This document shows, in pieces, positions 19,678 to 30,214 of a stretch of 64,000 bases of DNA. The DNA is from an uncultured Verrucomicrobiales bacterium. GTDB taxonomy: Bacteria; Verrucomicrobiota; Verrucomicrobiia; Verrucomicrobiales; DEV007. The notes beneath the pieces were generated by a model that did no database searches, was not told the origin of the DNA, and saw nothing but the letters and a program-made list of their open reading frames with translations. The translations under genes and the position numbers were made by a program. The stretch is from NCBI GenBank assembly GCA_938091905.1, contig CALKOM010000023.1, positions 1 through 64,000 on the forward strand. The letters are read 5' to 3'. Position 1 is the stretch's first letter, and every line of letters starts with the position of its first letter.

Positions 19678-20337
19678 CTAAGTAGAGGAAGGAGTCACTC
19701 CTTGTTCACTAAGTTGGCCAAGCAGAGCCTCCACGACCTGAGGCAATGTCAGGTCAGACGTATCAATCTTGGTCGCCCCATCGGCAACTTTCAATGGAGA
19801 AACTTTGCGCGTGGAATCGAGACGATCGCGCTCGGCAATTTCATCTCCCAAGCCTTGAGCAGCGCGGCGTCGGGCCCGCACTACCTCGCTTGCATCGAGG
19901 TAGAATTTGTAGGGTGTGTCCGGGAAGACGACGGACCCAATATCGCGACCTTCCATGACAATGTCCGTCGCTTCCGCACAAGCGCGCTGTTGTTTGACAA
20001 GCGCTTTGCGCACGTCGGGAATCTTCGCCACTTTGGAAACATTGCCATTCACGTAATCCGAAGTGAGGGCGTCGCCTGGATCAGAGCCATTGACGAGTAA
20101 GAACAATTCATTGTCACGGCGAGAGGCTTCTATCTTGGTCTTGTCCAAGAGGGCAACGACTGCGTCAGGGTCCGCTTCAGGATCGAGCCCAACCTCACAG
20201 ACCACCCAAGTGAACGCCCGGTACATTAGGCCCGAACTCACGAAGGCATAACCCAACTTTTCTGCTACTTTGCGAGAAACACTACTCTTGCCGGAAGCGG
20301 CAGGACCATCAATGGCGACAACGTGATGGGTAGACAT
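19678..20337 (-). CDS. cmk: Cytidylate kinase
   Basis: AIDGPAASGKS, EGRDIGSVVFPD, RDRLDSTR..SPL. Confidence 0.96.
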   Translation of the reverse strand: MSTHHVVAIDGPAASGKSSVSRKVAEKLGYAFVSSGLMYRAFTWVVCEVGLDPEADPDAVVALLDKTKIEASRRDNELFLLVNGSDPGDALTSDYVNGNVSKVAKIPDVRKALVKQQRACAEATDIVMEGRDIGSVVFPDTPYKFYLDASEVVRARRRAAQGLGDEIAERDRLDSTRKVSPLKVADGATKIDTSDLTLPQVVEALLGQLSEQGVTPSST

Positions 20338-20357
20338 GTATAGGAACTTAGGTGCTG

Positions 20358-21662
20358 TTAGATAAAACGTTTTAATGTGGATTCGAAACTTGGATAGGAG
20401 GTGTTCACGCAAGCGGTGTCTTCAACAATCGTCTCACCCTCCGCAAAGAGTCCTGCAATAGCAAAGGCCATGGCGATACGATGATCCCCATAACTGGGAA
20501 CGGTCGCCCCGCGCAGCTGTTTGCCACCGTGAATGATCATGCCATCCTCAGCTTCCTCTACGTCCCCGCCCATTGCCCGGAGATTCTTGACCACTGCATC
20601 AATGCGATCCGATTCTTTGACTCGCAGTTCCTTCGCGTCGCGGATGACCGTAGTGCCAGGAGCAAGTGCAGCCCCTACGGCAAGAACGGGAATTTCATCG
20701 ATGATATTGGGAATCTCCTCGCCGCCAATTTCAGTCGGCTTCAAGCCTGCACCATTCACCTCAAGTCGACCGATGGGCTCGCCATGATCTTCATCAATGA
20801 TCTCCGTGATCTGCGCCCCCATGCGCTTGAGCACGGCGAGGATACCCGTGCGCGAGGGATTGAGACCGATATTAGGAATCGTTACCTTGGAACCCGGTTG
20901 AGCTGCGGCAGCGACGAGCCAGAAGGCCGCACTCGAAATGTCACCAGGAACATGGAAATCACGCGCCTTGATGGGCTGACCGCCTTCAATGGAGATATGG
21001 GTTCCCTCTGTCACCACCTCCACACCAAAAGACTGCAACATCCGCTCGGTGTGATCACGCGTCATGATCGGTTGAATCACCGTAGTCTTACCATCGGCAA
21101 AGAGACCCGCTAACAAGACCGCGCTTTTCACCTGAGCGCTCGCCATGGGCAAAGTGTATGTAGTTGGAACTAACGTTCCACCTCGAATACGCAACGGCGG
21201 ACAACCACCATCACCGCCCAAGGTCTCGATACGTGCCTGCATCTGGGCAAGAGGTGTGACGATGCGATTCATAGGCCGCGACGACAACGAGGCGTCCCCC
21301 CTCAATTCCGAGACGAATGGTTGCCCAGCGAGCAACCCCGCGAGTAAGCGCATGCCCGTGCCGGCATTTCCACAATCGATGGGCTCAGTGGGGGCAGTCA
21401 GCTGGCACCCTTTTCCTTCAACCACATATCGAGTAGGACCGAAGCCTTTATCGGACGCCGAATCGGCCTCGATACCTACCCCACAGGCACGCATGGCATT
21501 CAGCGTGGCGACGCAATCTTCACTTGGAAGAAAGCCATCGATCGTGCAGGTCCCCTCACTCAATCCGGCAAACATCATGGCCCGATGAGACATGCTTTTG
21601 TCTCCAGGCACGGTAATCTCCCCTGTGAGGGAGTGGCCTTTGCGAACGAGATAGGTCGACAT
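20358..21662 (-). CDS. aroA: 3-phosphoshikimate 1-carboxyvinyltransferase
   Basis: PGDKSMSHRA, CGNAGTGMRL, SAQVKSA, ELRVKESDRI, DHRIAMAF. Confidence 0.97.
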   Translation of the reverse strand: MSTYLVRKGHSLTGEITVPGDKSMSHRAMMFAGLSEGTCTIDGFLPSEDCVATLNAMRACGVGIEADSASDKGFGPTRYVVEGKGCQLTAPTEPIDCGNAGTGMRLLAGLLAGQPFVSELRGDASLSSRPMNRIVTPLAQMQARIETLGGDGGCPPLRIRGGTLVPTTYTLPMASAQVKSAVLLAGLFADGKTTVIQPIMTRDHTERMLQSFGVEVVTEGTHISIEGGQPIKARDFHVPGDISSAAFWLVAAAAQPGSKVTIPNIGLNPSRTGILAVLKRMGAQITEIIDEDHGEPIGRLEVNGAGLKPTEIGGEEIPNIIDEIPVLAVGAALAPGTTVIRDAKELRVKESDRIDAVVKNLRAMGGDVEEAEDGMIIHGGKQLRGATVPSYGDHRIAMAFAIAGLFAEGETIVEDTACVNTSYPSFESTLKRFI

Positions 21663-21697
21663 GAGAGAGGGCAAGGGTGCGCGTGATCGCAGCACTC

Positions 21698-22561
21698 CTA
21701 GCACCGCGGTACGATATGGGTATCGCGAAGTGCCTTCGCCTCCAGAAGAAATCGCTGAAGAGGCTCAATTTGTCCCGATTCCATGCACTGAATAAGATCC
21801 TCGAGACGCTCTTGAGAATCTCGCAGCGCCGCGAGCACCGCTTGACGGTTCTCTAGCAGTATCTCTGCCCACATGGCGGGATCTCCCGATGCAACTCGGG
21901 TCGTATCCCGGAGTCCGCCAGCGGAAAACTCTGCCCATGAAGGCTCTTTCTCCAAAGCCGCCCCGACAACGAGCGAGGCGAGAGCATGTGGCAAATGACT
22001 GATACGGGCCACGATTTCATCATGCTTCGCGGGAGGGGTCTCATGCACACGCATGCCTAGCGAGATCCAGAAATCACGCACATTCGCCAACGCGTCCTCG
22101 TCGGTCTCAGGGATGGGCGTGATCAAGCACAGAGCTCCTTTGTAAAGCTCCTTTCGAGCGGCCTCGATTCCAGAAGCTTCTGATCCTGCCATTGGATGAC
22201 TGCCGACAAAGTGGGCGCCCGTTCCCTTCAGGATGCCCATGGCATGCTCCACGATCGGCCGTTTCACGCTGCCCACATCTGTAATGACGACACCGGGAGC
22301 AAGCACATTCGCAGCCACGAGCCGCTCGAGAAGATCTGGCATGACGCCAATCGGCGTGGCCAAGACAATCAAGCCCGCACCCCGCGCCGCCTTCGCGAGA
22401 TCGCTCTCGGTTTCGAGTTCCGAGGATTCGATCTTGGAGAGAAACTCTAAGGGCTCAAGACGCCGCCCCCAGACAACTACCGGATGTCCCTGATCCGCCA
22501 CCGCAAGGCCAAGTGAGCCCCCAAGAAGGCCAGGCCCCAAGACAACCGTGCGTCCAAGCAT
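21698..22561 (-). CDS. tyrA: Prephenate/arogenate dehydrogenase
   Basis: GPGLLGGS, TDVGSVK, HPMAGSE, SHLPH, GLRDTTRVA. Confidence 0.93.
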   Translation of the reverse strand: MLGRTVVLGPGLLGGSLGLAVADQGHPVVVWGRRLEPLEFLSKIESSELETESDLAKAARGAGLIVLATPIGVMPDLLERLVAANVLAPGVVITDVGSVKRPIVEHAMGILKGTGAHFVGSHPMAGSEASGIEAARKELYKGALCLITPIPETDEDALANVRDFWISLGMRVHETPPAKHDEIVARISHLPHALASLVVGAALEKEPSWAEFSAGGLRDTTRVASGDPAMWAEILLENRQAVLAALRDSQERLEDLIQCMESGQIEPLQRFLLEAKALRDTHIVPRC

Positions 22562-22589
22562 ACAGATCAGTAGCAGGCGATCTGCCTAC

Positions 22590-23120
22590 TTAAGGAACGA
22601 GAACCGTCTTCCCGGTCTTAGGACATTCGATCTGAGTCCCACTAGAAAGGCCAGATACATCAATATAGGGACCCTCCTTTGCATAGGGACTCACGACAAG
22701 GTTTGAAGCGCCTTGCACGGGGATGGCATAATCAAACTTCGGTTTCGTCGACTCCTCGATGGGATCGATGTCCACTAAAGGCTCAGCTTCAGGAGGCTTT
22801 GGAGCAGGCTTTGGCTTTGGAGCAGGCCTAGGGGTCGGAGCAGGCCTTGTGTTCTGTTGGTCGAAGAGCGGCTCATCGCGAGGGTAAGTGCCTGGTGTTG
22901 TGCGATTCCAACGATCGGTTGGATACTGATTTCCACCATAACTTTGCCCGCGGTCGCTATTCACGCGTGGCGCACCCGGCTGGGATCCCTGAGGATATCT
23001 AAGGCTCCCATTCCTGCTTTGAGGGTAGTTGGGATTATCAAAAGGAATCGGCTCCAAACAGCCTCCCAACAGTAGAAGTAGGAGGAGCGGACAAGCAGAT
23101 AGAATTTGGGAAGCCTTCAT
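22590..23120 (-). CDS. Hypothetical lipoprotein with Pro-rich linker
   Basis: Lipobox LLGGC; PAPTPR/PAPKPK/PAPKPP repeats (about 22800-22850); C-terminal VVSPY..IDVSG..CPKTGK. Confidence 0.78.
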   Translation of the reverse strand: MKASQILSACPLLLLLLLGGCLEPIPFDNPNYPQSRNGSLRYPQGSQPGAPRVNSDRGQSYGGNQYPTDRWNRTTPGTYPRDEPLFDQQNTRPAPTPRPAPKPKPAPKPPEAEPLVDIDPIEESTKPKFDYAIPVQGASNLVVSPYAKEGPYIDVSGLSSGTQIECPKTGKTVLVP

Positions 23121-23222
23121 AAATCTCGGGGAAACGGGGGGGGCGCCCCTTTGTCTAGCACCACACCGCTTTTATTCAATGATGTCAAGTCAGCGGCAGG
23201 TCAATGGGGGGCTCGGCCCGCG

Positions 23223-24728
23223 CTATTCCTGCAATTCCTTGGCCGCCACACGGAGCCGCCCTGCAGCTTGGACAGCTAGTCTCAGCGTGCCGCGCCGATG
23301 CTGAGTGAGACCCGTCCAGCTCGTAGGGGAATTCACCTTCAACAGTTCCTGAAACTGCAGCGCTGACGACGCCTTACGATACAGTACCATAGCAGCCTGG
23401 TCCGACAAATCCTCCGCCTTTGGCTCTAAAAGCGGCGGCGGCGTCCGATGAGCAATCTGCAAATAGTCCGCGCCTCGAGGAGGGTCAGTCACTGTCCAGC
23501 GCCACTGATCTCCTTCCCGCTCAAAGGTCGCTTTCAGCGGGAGGGGCTGTTTCAGTCGAGTCGCCGGATCGCCAAGCAGCGCATATAGCAGCACATGGTC
23601 TTTCCGAATACGCGGCGTATCGAGCTTCCCTTCCAACTTCCCTTCGATGTTGGCCAAGACCAACTCGACCAAAGCATCTCGTTTCTTGTAACCCGCTTTC
23701 TGCGCCGCCACCCAAATATCGCCCAGCCTATCCGAAGGGCGACGCTTGAGTTCCTGCAACCAACATATCGATGAGTAGTAGTTTGGGAGCGGGTGCGATT
23801 GCGTCGTCGCGGCGATCACCGCCGAGGGCCCTCCGGGGACCTTCAGCAAAGACTCTGCTAGGCTCTCGTCTGAATGCGCAAAGTTCCCGCAGTCACAAGA
23901 GAAGATGATCGCTGGAGAAGCGGGAACCGTTCCCACGGCCTGCTCTACTTGTGAAGAGTGATAGGCGATCCATGTTCTCCCTACCGGCATGGAGTAAAAC
24001 GCGTCATTTCCACCATGGCCCATGAGTCCCGTGAAGAGCCCACCGCCTTTGGCTAGAGACTCATGAAAGAGATCTACATGCTTTTCCGGCACCGCCGAGA
24101 GTGGATCAGTGGCGTTGCCCATGATCAAATCGAGATCTGCCCAAACGGGCGCTTGCATGTGCAGTGTTTGGCGAAGGAGATTCGAAGCCATGTTTGCTTG
24201 GAAATGATCGCCATAAGCAGGATTGCCCGCCCACACCGGAAAGCGCAGCACGTCTTGGGTGGCAGGGAGATTCTCATAATGAACAATCTTTCTCGCGATC
24301 TGGGACACCGCTTCCGGAGTTCGTCCCGGCAGTCGACCAACAGGAATATCCGGGATCTCATCGCCATCAGTATCTCCAAAGACGGCATCCGAAACGAACC
24401 CTTCTGGCTGAGTCTTCTGCCAACGGTAAAGCGTTCTTCGTTCGCCTTTCAAATAGGCTCCCTGCTCAGGCTCGCTGGAAAGCACATCATCACCTAGCAG
24501 AACAATATAGTTCGGTTGCTTAACCAAGTGTTCCAAGGCCTTCTTCACCGACAGCGTCGACGTACGCACATCAAAGCCTTCCGAGCGTCGGTATTCCAGA
24601 AGAGGTGCCGCTGCTTCTTGCAATTTCTCGTCACCAATCACCAACCAAATCGGCAAGTCATTCCCAGACACTCGAATCGGTAGGATCGCTAAAAGTGCTA
24701 GTAGAAAGCTGGGATGAGGAAAGCGCAT
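23223..24728 (-). CDS. Peptidase C25 (gingipain-like) cysteine protease
   Basis: Signal peptide; YIVLLGD, SD..FGD.DGD.IPDIPVGRLP, GHG, SCDCG, LLGDPA. Confidence 0.85.
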   Translation of the reverse strand: MRFPHPSFLLALLAILPIRVSGNDLPIWLVIGDEKLQEAAAPLLEYRRSEGFDVRTSTLSVKKALEHLVKQPNYIVLLGDDVLSSEPEQGAYLKGERRTLYRWQKTQPEGFVSDAVFGDTDGDEIPDIPVGRLPGRTPEAVSQIARKIVHYENLPATQDVLRFPVWAGNPAYGDHFQANMASNLLRQTLHMQAPVWADLDLIMGNATDPLSAVPEKHVDLFHESLAKGGGLFTGLMGHGGNDAFYSMPVGRTWIAYHSSQVEQAVGTVPASPAIIFSCDCGNFAHSDESLAESLLKVPGGPSAVIAATTQSHPLPNYYSSICWLQELKRRPSDRLGDIWVAAQKAGYKKRDALVELVLANIEGKLEGKLDTPRIRKDHVLLYALLGDPATRLKQPLPLKATFEREGDQWRWTVTDPPRGADYLQIAHRTPPPLLEPKAEDLSDQAAMVLYRKASSALQFQELLKVNSPTSWTGLTQHRRGTLRLAVQAAGRLRVAAKELQE

Positions 24729-24790
24729 AGATTACAGTTTGCTAAGCGGAACCTAAACACTTCTCTTGGATTCGGCAAACTAGTCCCTAT

Positions 24791-25392
24791 ATGGGCCCAG
24801 TCGCAAGAGGCATAAAGGACGGAAGCAAATCTCACTGGTTGGCATCGAAGTTTGCCAAGGCCGGATAGAGTTCGATCATCTCGGCCATTCAGGAAGAGCT
24901 TGGCGCTGGGGACAAGATACTAAGCCAACTCGCAGGACATCGCCCTTAGTGGTTCCAAGACGACCTCAGCACCTAACTCACGCATCTTGAAAGCCATCAG
25001 AACATCATGTGATGGATATCGCTAGTCACCTCGTCGCCACTGATTCCAAAGGCGAAATCGATGAATCCGTGCTCGATGTTCTCATCGCAGCCGTGGCAGA
25101 CGATTCCATGGTCACTGCCGCACACGGGATCGATAACCTGGCCCGCCTTGGCAATGCTCGCCCCGCTTGGCACTCAAAGATTCTCGCCGAACTCTTTCGC
25201 GTCGAGACTACCCACCGTGCAGCCAACTGCCGGGTGGTCCTCTTGAGTAAAGTCGCTGATGCACTTGGTAGCCTTCTGCCCAAACTCTCGGAGGTGAATC
25301 GTGCCGCTGTCATCACCTTCCTGAACCGCCTCGCCATGTGCGATGGCCGAGATGGCAAGAAAGCGACAAAGATTCTCAGGCGCCAACACTAA
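24791..25392 (+). pseudogene. Degraded helical (HEAT-like) hypothetical protein
   Basis: Frame from ATG 24791 is interrupted by TAG 24866, TAG 24947 and TAA 24974, then shifts near 25010 into the 127-aa ORF. Confidence 0.55.
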
Positions 25393-25715
25393 CGCTCCGT
25401 CAGCAACGTCTGAGACAAAGATTCTTCAAAGCCTAAAAACGGCGTCTCCGCAAAGAGCGGCACACTAAGGCTATCACCTGGAACTCCTCCCCAGGACGGC
25501 ATCTTCAGGGTAGCTGGTGTCATCATCGCCTCCCCAACAGGAAACGGCGTCGCCGCCGGAGGCAAATGCTGTACACCTCGGCACCAAGCCGCTTTCCAGG
25601 CTGCCTTATCAGCCTTAGTGTGCTCAACAGAGTTCATAGCCCATATCGGTATCGCGCAGGCTGAAACCGCCAACATCATCCCCAATCTTGTGATATTCAT
25701 CATTGTAAACATCAT
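25389..25715 (-). CDS. Small hypothetical secreted protein
   Basis: Signal-peptide-like N-terminus; no motif. Confidence 0.35.
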   Translation of the reverse strand: MMFTMMNITRLGMMLAVSACAIPIWAMNSVEHTKADKAAWKAAWCRGVQHLPPAATPFPVGEAMMTPATLKMPSWGGVPGDSLSVPLFAETPFLGFEESLSQTLLTER

Positions 25716-25784
25716 GGCGAGGCCAAACCCTTTCGCGATTGTAATTCCGGACGGGGATTATCATGCATCTGCCAACACCGCCTC

Positions 25785-27008
25785 ATGAACACGACACTCC
25801 CTAGCGCTCTGGTTAGCCTTGTACTATTAGCATCAGGCAGCGCAGCCTCCGACATAGCCAGCAAACACTATCACTTACACTCAGAAGGAAGCGCTAGTGA
25901 AACCGAAGAAATGAGCAAGGTCCTGGAGGCAGCTTGGCCACAATTTGTGAACTTCTTTCAAGGCGCCCCCAAGCTTCGACAAGAGAAACTTGTCATCTAC
26001 TTCTTCAACACAAGAGAAAGCTGGATAAGAAAACTGACACAAGACGGCCACAAGGTTCCAAATGACGGAGTGGGTGGTAGGTGCTTTCACTCCAACAAGA
26101 CAGCTTACCTTTACCGTCAGCCTACTCGCTACTACACACGCTTCCTGCTTCTTCACGAAGCCGCCCACCAATTTCACGACCTCACCCGCCGGGTCGATAA
26201 AGAGATCAGCGCCAATTGGTATGTTGAAGGCGTCACTGAAAACCTCTCCTCGCATCACTGAGATGGCCAGACCCTTCAGCTAGGAGCACTTCCCGTTTCC
26301 CTTGAGAACTATCCGGGCAAAGCCTTCCGCACGATGACCACGACCCCACGTCCTCTCGTCGCCATGATTCAGAATGGTCAAACGAATCGGCCATTAGGCG
26401 CCTTGGTCATCTGCTACCTCGCCACGAAAGAGCCCAAGAAGTTCTCCCGATTCGCCAAAGCAATCGAGAAACGAGACGCCTCTGAGCGCCTTTTCCAACG
26501 CTCCTTTGCCGACTACCCAACATTCACCAAACCGTTCCTAACTTGGCTCGAGTCTCACCAACAGCCTCTCCATATCCGTTTCGACGAGTGGGAGCGCACT
26601 GGTTCAGAGTCGATGCTCGGCCACTCTAAAGATCGTATTTCTATCACAACTTTCAAAGACACTGTTTCTCTCGTGCAATGTCACACCCGAAATCGCCAAG
26701 ATGAAGCTGGACGTGTCGGTCTCGTTCTGAGCTACCGCGCTCAAGAGGACTTCACGGTAGCGCTCTTCAATCAGAAGGGGCATTTGGAAATCCTCACACG
26801 TGCACAAAACCAATGGAAGCGCGTGGAGCGCAAAGCCCTCGCAGCTTTTCACGATACGAATGTCCGCCTCGCGACCAAACGCGATGACGCTGGCGTCAGC
26901 CTACTCATCAATGATGAACGTCTCGGCCCATACCTCTTGCCTAACGGATCTCTTGGGCTCGCGCTCGATAGCTGTGAAGTGCGATTCACCGACCTATCTT
27001 GGAGGTAA
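25785..27008 (+). pseudogene. HExxH metallopeptidase-like secreted protein split by one in-frame TGA
   Basis: ORFs 25785-26261 and 26334-27008 are in the same frame with an open linker; LLHEAAHQF and WYVEGVTE motifs; TGA at 26259-26261. Confidence 0.7.
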
Positions 27009-27063
27009 CCAAGCCACATTTCCGCTCTCGACAGGCAGCGCGGTGCCATCCTAGGCTTCGACC

Positions 27064-27915
27064 ATGTCTCAGAACTTTCTTAAACCCATCACCGCGTGCT
27101 TTGGCCAACCTGTGGCCGAGAACCCGACTCAGGTCATGATTGAAGCTGCCTATCAACAGCTCGGCTTGGATTGGCGTTACATCACGCTTGAGGTAGGCCC
27201 GGACGATCTCGCTGCGGCCGTCGCAGGCGCGCGGGCCATGGGGTTCCGCGGCTTCAATTGCACGATTCCCCACAAAGTTGCTGTCATCGAGCACCTCGAT
27301 GGCTTGGGCGAATCCGCTGCCGTGATGCAAGCCGTGAACTGCGTGGTCAGAAGAGGCGATCAACTCATCGGCGAGAACACCGACGGCAAGGGCTTCGTCG
27401 AAGGGGTGAAGAAGCTGCGCGATCCAAAGGGAAAGAACGTCGTCTTGTTAGGCGCAGGGGGCGCTGCCCGCGCCATCGCCGTGGAACTCGCCCTCTCGGG
27501 TGCGGCCAAGATCATCCTCGTAAACCGGACTCCACAGCGTGGCCTCGAAACGAAAGCCTTGTTAGATGATCAGCTTGATGTCGCCACCGAACTGATCACT
27601 TGGGACAAGCCCTACGCCATTCCTGAAGGCACTGATTTTCTCATCAACGCCACATCCATCGGGCTCTATCCCGACGTCGGCGCTCAGTTAGACCTCCAGT
27701 ACGATACACTCCAGGCAGAAACTTTCGTTTCTGATGTTGTCTTCAACCCACCGGCCACCCACCTCATCCGCGAAGCCAAAAGACGCGGCTGCGAAACCTT
27801 GGACGGCCTCGAAATGCTCGTGGGGCAGGGGGTCATCGGGGTCGACTATTGGGCCGGAACCTCTCCTGAACCGAAAGTCATGCGCGAAGCCTTGGAACAG
27901 GTCTTCGCTTCATGA
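27064..27915 (+). CDS. aroE: Shikimate dehydrogenase
   Basis: NCTIPHK, AVNC, ENTDGKGF, LGAGGAARA, NRT, DGLEMLVGQG. Confidence 0.95.
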   Translation: MSQNFLKPITACFGQPVAENPTQVMIEAAYQQLGLDWRYITLEVGPDDLAAAVAGARAMGFRGFNCTIPHKVAVIEHLDGLGESAAVMQAVNCVVRRGDQLIGENTDGKGFVEGVKKLRDPKGKNVVLLGAGGAARAIAVELALSGAAKIILVNRTPQRGLETKALLDDQLDVATELITWDKPYAIPEGTDFLINATSIGLYPDVGAQLDLQYDTLQAETFVSDVVFNPPATHLIREAKRRGCETLDGLEMLVGQGVIGVDYWAGTSPEPKVMREALEQVFAS

Positions 27916-29013
27916 AGCGGGTATCGTAAACGGCAAGTTGACCCAATGAGTCTTGGGCTTCCCCTGATCATTAATCTCCTCAAAGAGATCGACTTCAAAC
28001 GGTTTGCCAATCTGGTTCCCAGCTAAATCTTCCAACGTGCTCAGAACACGAAAGCGATAGTCACCTGCTTTCCACGCAATTTCAGGCTTAAACTCCCAAA
28101 CCTGTTCCGCCGCAGCCATCGAGACGGCACCCTCCACCGTTACACCCTTCGCATTCTCCAATCGAATCCATCGAACACTGAGGGCATGATCCATCGGCTC
28201 CGGGAAACGTAACTGTAATTTACCCATCGATCCAACATCAGGTAAGACCGGAGTCCACGATTTAGGATCAGGAACCGAACGATCCCCAGCCCCCACACGA
28301 AACGCTTTCTCATAGCCTTCAGCCAACGGAAGCCCGTCTGCATCTTCCCATGCCGCATCAATCACCAATTTGAAAGTCTTCCCTTCAACGAGCGAAGGGC
28401 CTATCTCCTCAAGCGGTTTCACCCCACGTTTGATTCTGCCAGGATCAATGAAGAGTGTCACCCGTTTCATTTCGCGATCCCAAAGCTCTTCATCGAGTTC
28501 CAGAAACGGCAGTTCCACCTCCTGACCTGTGTCATCCATAAGATGGATGTAATTATAGATGTGTCCCCGGCTCATCGGCGCGGAGAAGTGGAGGTAGAAC
28601 TTCAAAAGATTCTCCGGAACGTTGTCAGCAGTCGGATAAACCGTATCGACGGTCGTGGTCGAAACCGTCTTCTCGCGCGACACTTCATGCAGCGCTACCA
28701 GAGGTTCCTCGTCGCCTACCCGAAGGCTCGCTCGATAGCGCTGACCCGCTTGCAGCGGAAACCGAGGCTGAAACGTTAGTATCCCATCCAGTAAGGTATA
28801 ACTTCCAGCCATCGGCGGCATGATCAACGCCTGCTCTAGCTCGACTGAATCAAGGTGTACGGTGAATACCGTTTCCCAGTCCAATGTCAAGCTGGACAGC
28901 GATACTCCGCGGGCCTCTACGGACTCACCTACCCAATGAACCGAGACTTCTGCTGCAGCGCGTGCCTGAGAAATCAGCCACAGTAGGCTAATGGCAAGAG
29001 CTGGTCCCCTCAC
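27910..29013 (-). CDS. Secreted hypothetical protein with Ig-like domains
   Basis: Signal peptide; YPTADNVPENLLKFYLHFSAPM, DPGRIKRG, EDLAGN; GTGA overlap with upstream gene. Confidence 0.8.
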   Translation of the reverse strand: MRGPALAISLLWLISQARAAAEVSVHWVGESVEARGVSLSSLTLDWETVFTVHLDSVELEQALIMPPMAGSYTLLDGILTFQPRFPLQAGQRYRASLRVGDEEPLVALHEVSREKTVSTTTVDTVYPTADNVPENLLKFYLHFSAPMSRGHIYNYIHLMDDTGQEVELPFLELDEELWDREMKRVTLFIDPGRIKRGVKPLEEIGPSLVEGKTFKLVIDAAWEDADGLPLAEGYEKAFRVGAGDRSVPDPKSWTPVLPDVGSMGKLQLRFPEPMDHALSVRWIRLENAKGVTVEGAVSMAAAEQVWEFKPEIAWKAGDYRFRVLSTLEDLAGNQIGKPFEVDLFEEINDQGKPKTHWVNLPFTIPAS

Positions 29014-30130
29014 GGCAAGGCCAACGACTCCAAAGCCAACACATCTTCACCATCACTGCGTAGAACGAGCGCCTGGGAACGGCCAAACAAGTCGAGCTGG
29101 TTGATTCCCTTCCAGTCCTCGATGGTGTCATAGGTGACACCTTCCTTGTCACTGACTTTCGCCTCAATACTCGGCGCATCGTCAATTTGGGCCGCATCCA
29201 TCTTCATGATGCCACGGCTACTATTAGCTAACAAGAGATACTCTTTCCCATCTTTCTCATAAACCACCATATCGATCGGGCGATTGCGATTTCCTAACTC
29301 AGCAATGGTCTTTCCTTTGACCTTCGCACCTGACTTCAACTGCTTCACAGGAAACTGCACGAGAGGCGTGCATGTGTATGCGGCGATTAAATGCGGCTCA
29401 TTCCCGATATTGAATGGCACAAACGTGCGCACTGGAGAGCGTGTCTCGAACTTGCCGTGGGCACCATGATAGATCTCCACCGAAGTGCCGCTCTCCACTG
29501 TCTTAAAAGGAAACGGAATCGCCCGAAACTTGGAGGCAAACTCCTCGTTTGAAAGTCCTGCGATCAACAAGCGGTCTTGGAAGAAGGCAATGTCTGTGAT
29601 CGCTTCCATCCGCTGATTACGAGCCCGGCGCCCCTGCCCTGAAATTTTGTCCTCTGGTGCGTTGGGTAACTTCGCCACAGAATGCTTCACTTTATCTAGA
29701 TTCACCAACTCGGGCGTTCCACTTCCAGTCACTTTCACCAGTACTGGATTCGTCTCGGGCCCACGCCCACGCGACACGGCCAAATACGCATTCCGTGAAA
29801 TTGGATTCACCGCCAAATCATCGATCAACACCTGATCTGCCGTCACCCCTAACAATCCCACGATCTTCTCATTGATCGCCCTCACTTTCAACGGCTTGTC
29901 CGCAGATGCAGCCTTAATATCACCCGTCACTACCGCAATCACTTGGGCTGATTTGGAATCTCCTACAAAGAGAATGCCATCAGGCCCGAAAGCCAACGGC
30001 CCCATCGTCTTGAATGCAGGTTTGCCTTCCTGCATGCCTGCCAGCCAGTCGGCAGCCACCAACGTGTTTGTTAGAATCGAGGCTGCAAATACGGCAACCA
30101 AAGAGAGAGAGATAGAATTGGTTTTCTCAT
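29010..30130 (-). CDS. Secreted beta-propeller-like hypothetical protein; signal peptide frameshifted in a (TC)n tract
   Basis: Main frame 29010-30101 (GPLAFGPDGILFVGDS, EIYHGAHGKFETRSP, AAYTCTPLV). ATG 30130 is 2 nt out of frame across TCTCTCTCTCT. Confidence 0.75.
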
Positions 30131-30214
30131 GATCATCGATGATTTCACCGGCCAGTCTCGCATGGCCAACACCTTAGTGACAAGTCCCCTCTTTAAAGAA
30201 TAGAGAGCGCGAGC

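Noticed and set aside
27910..27915. Convergent stops sharing the palindrome TCATGA
   Set aside because: Ordinary tail-to-tail gene packing
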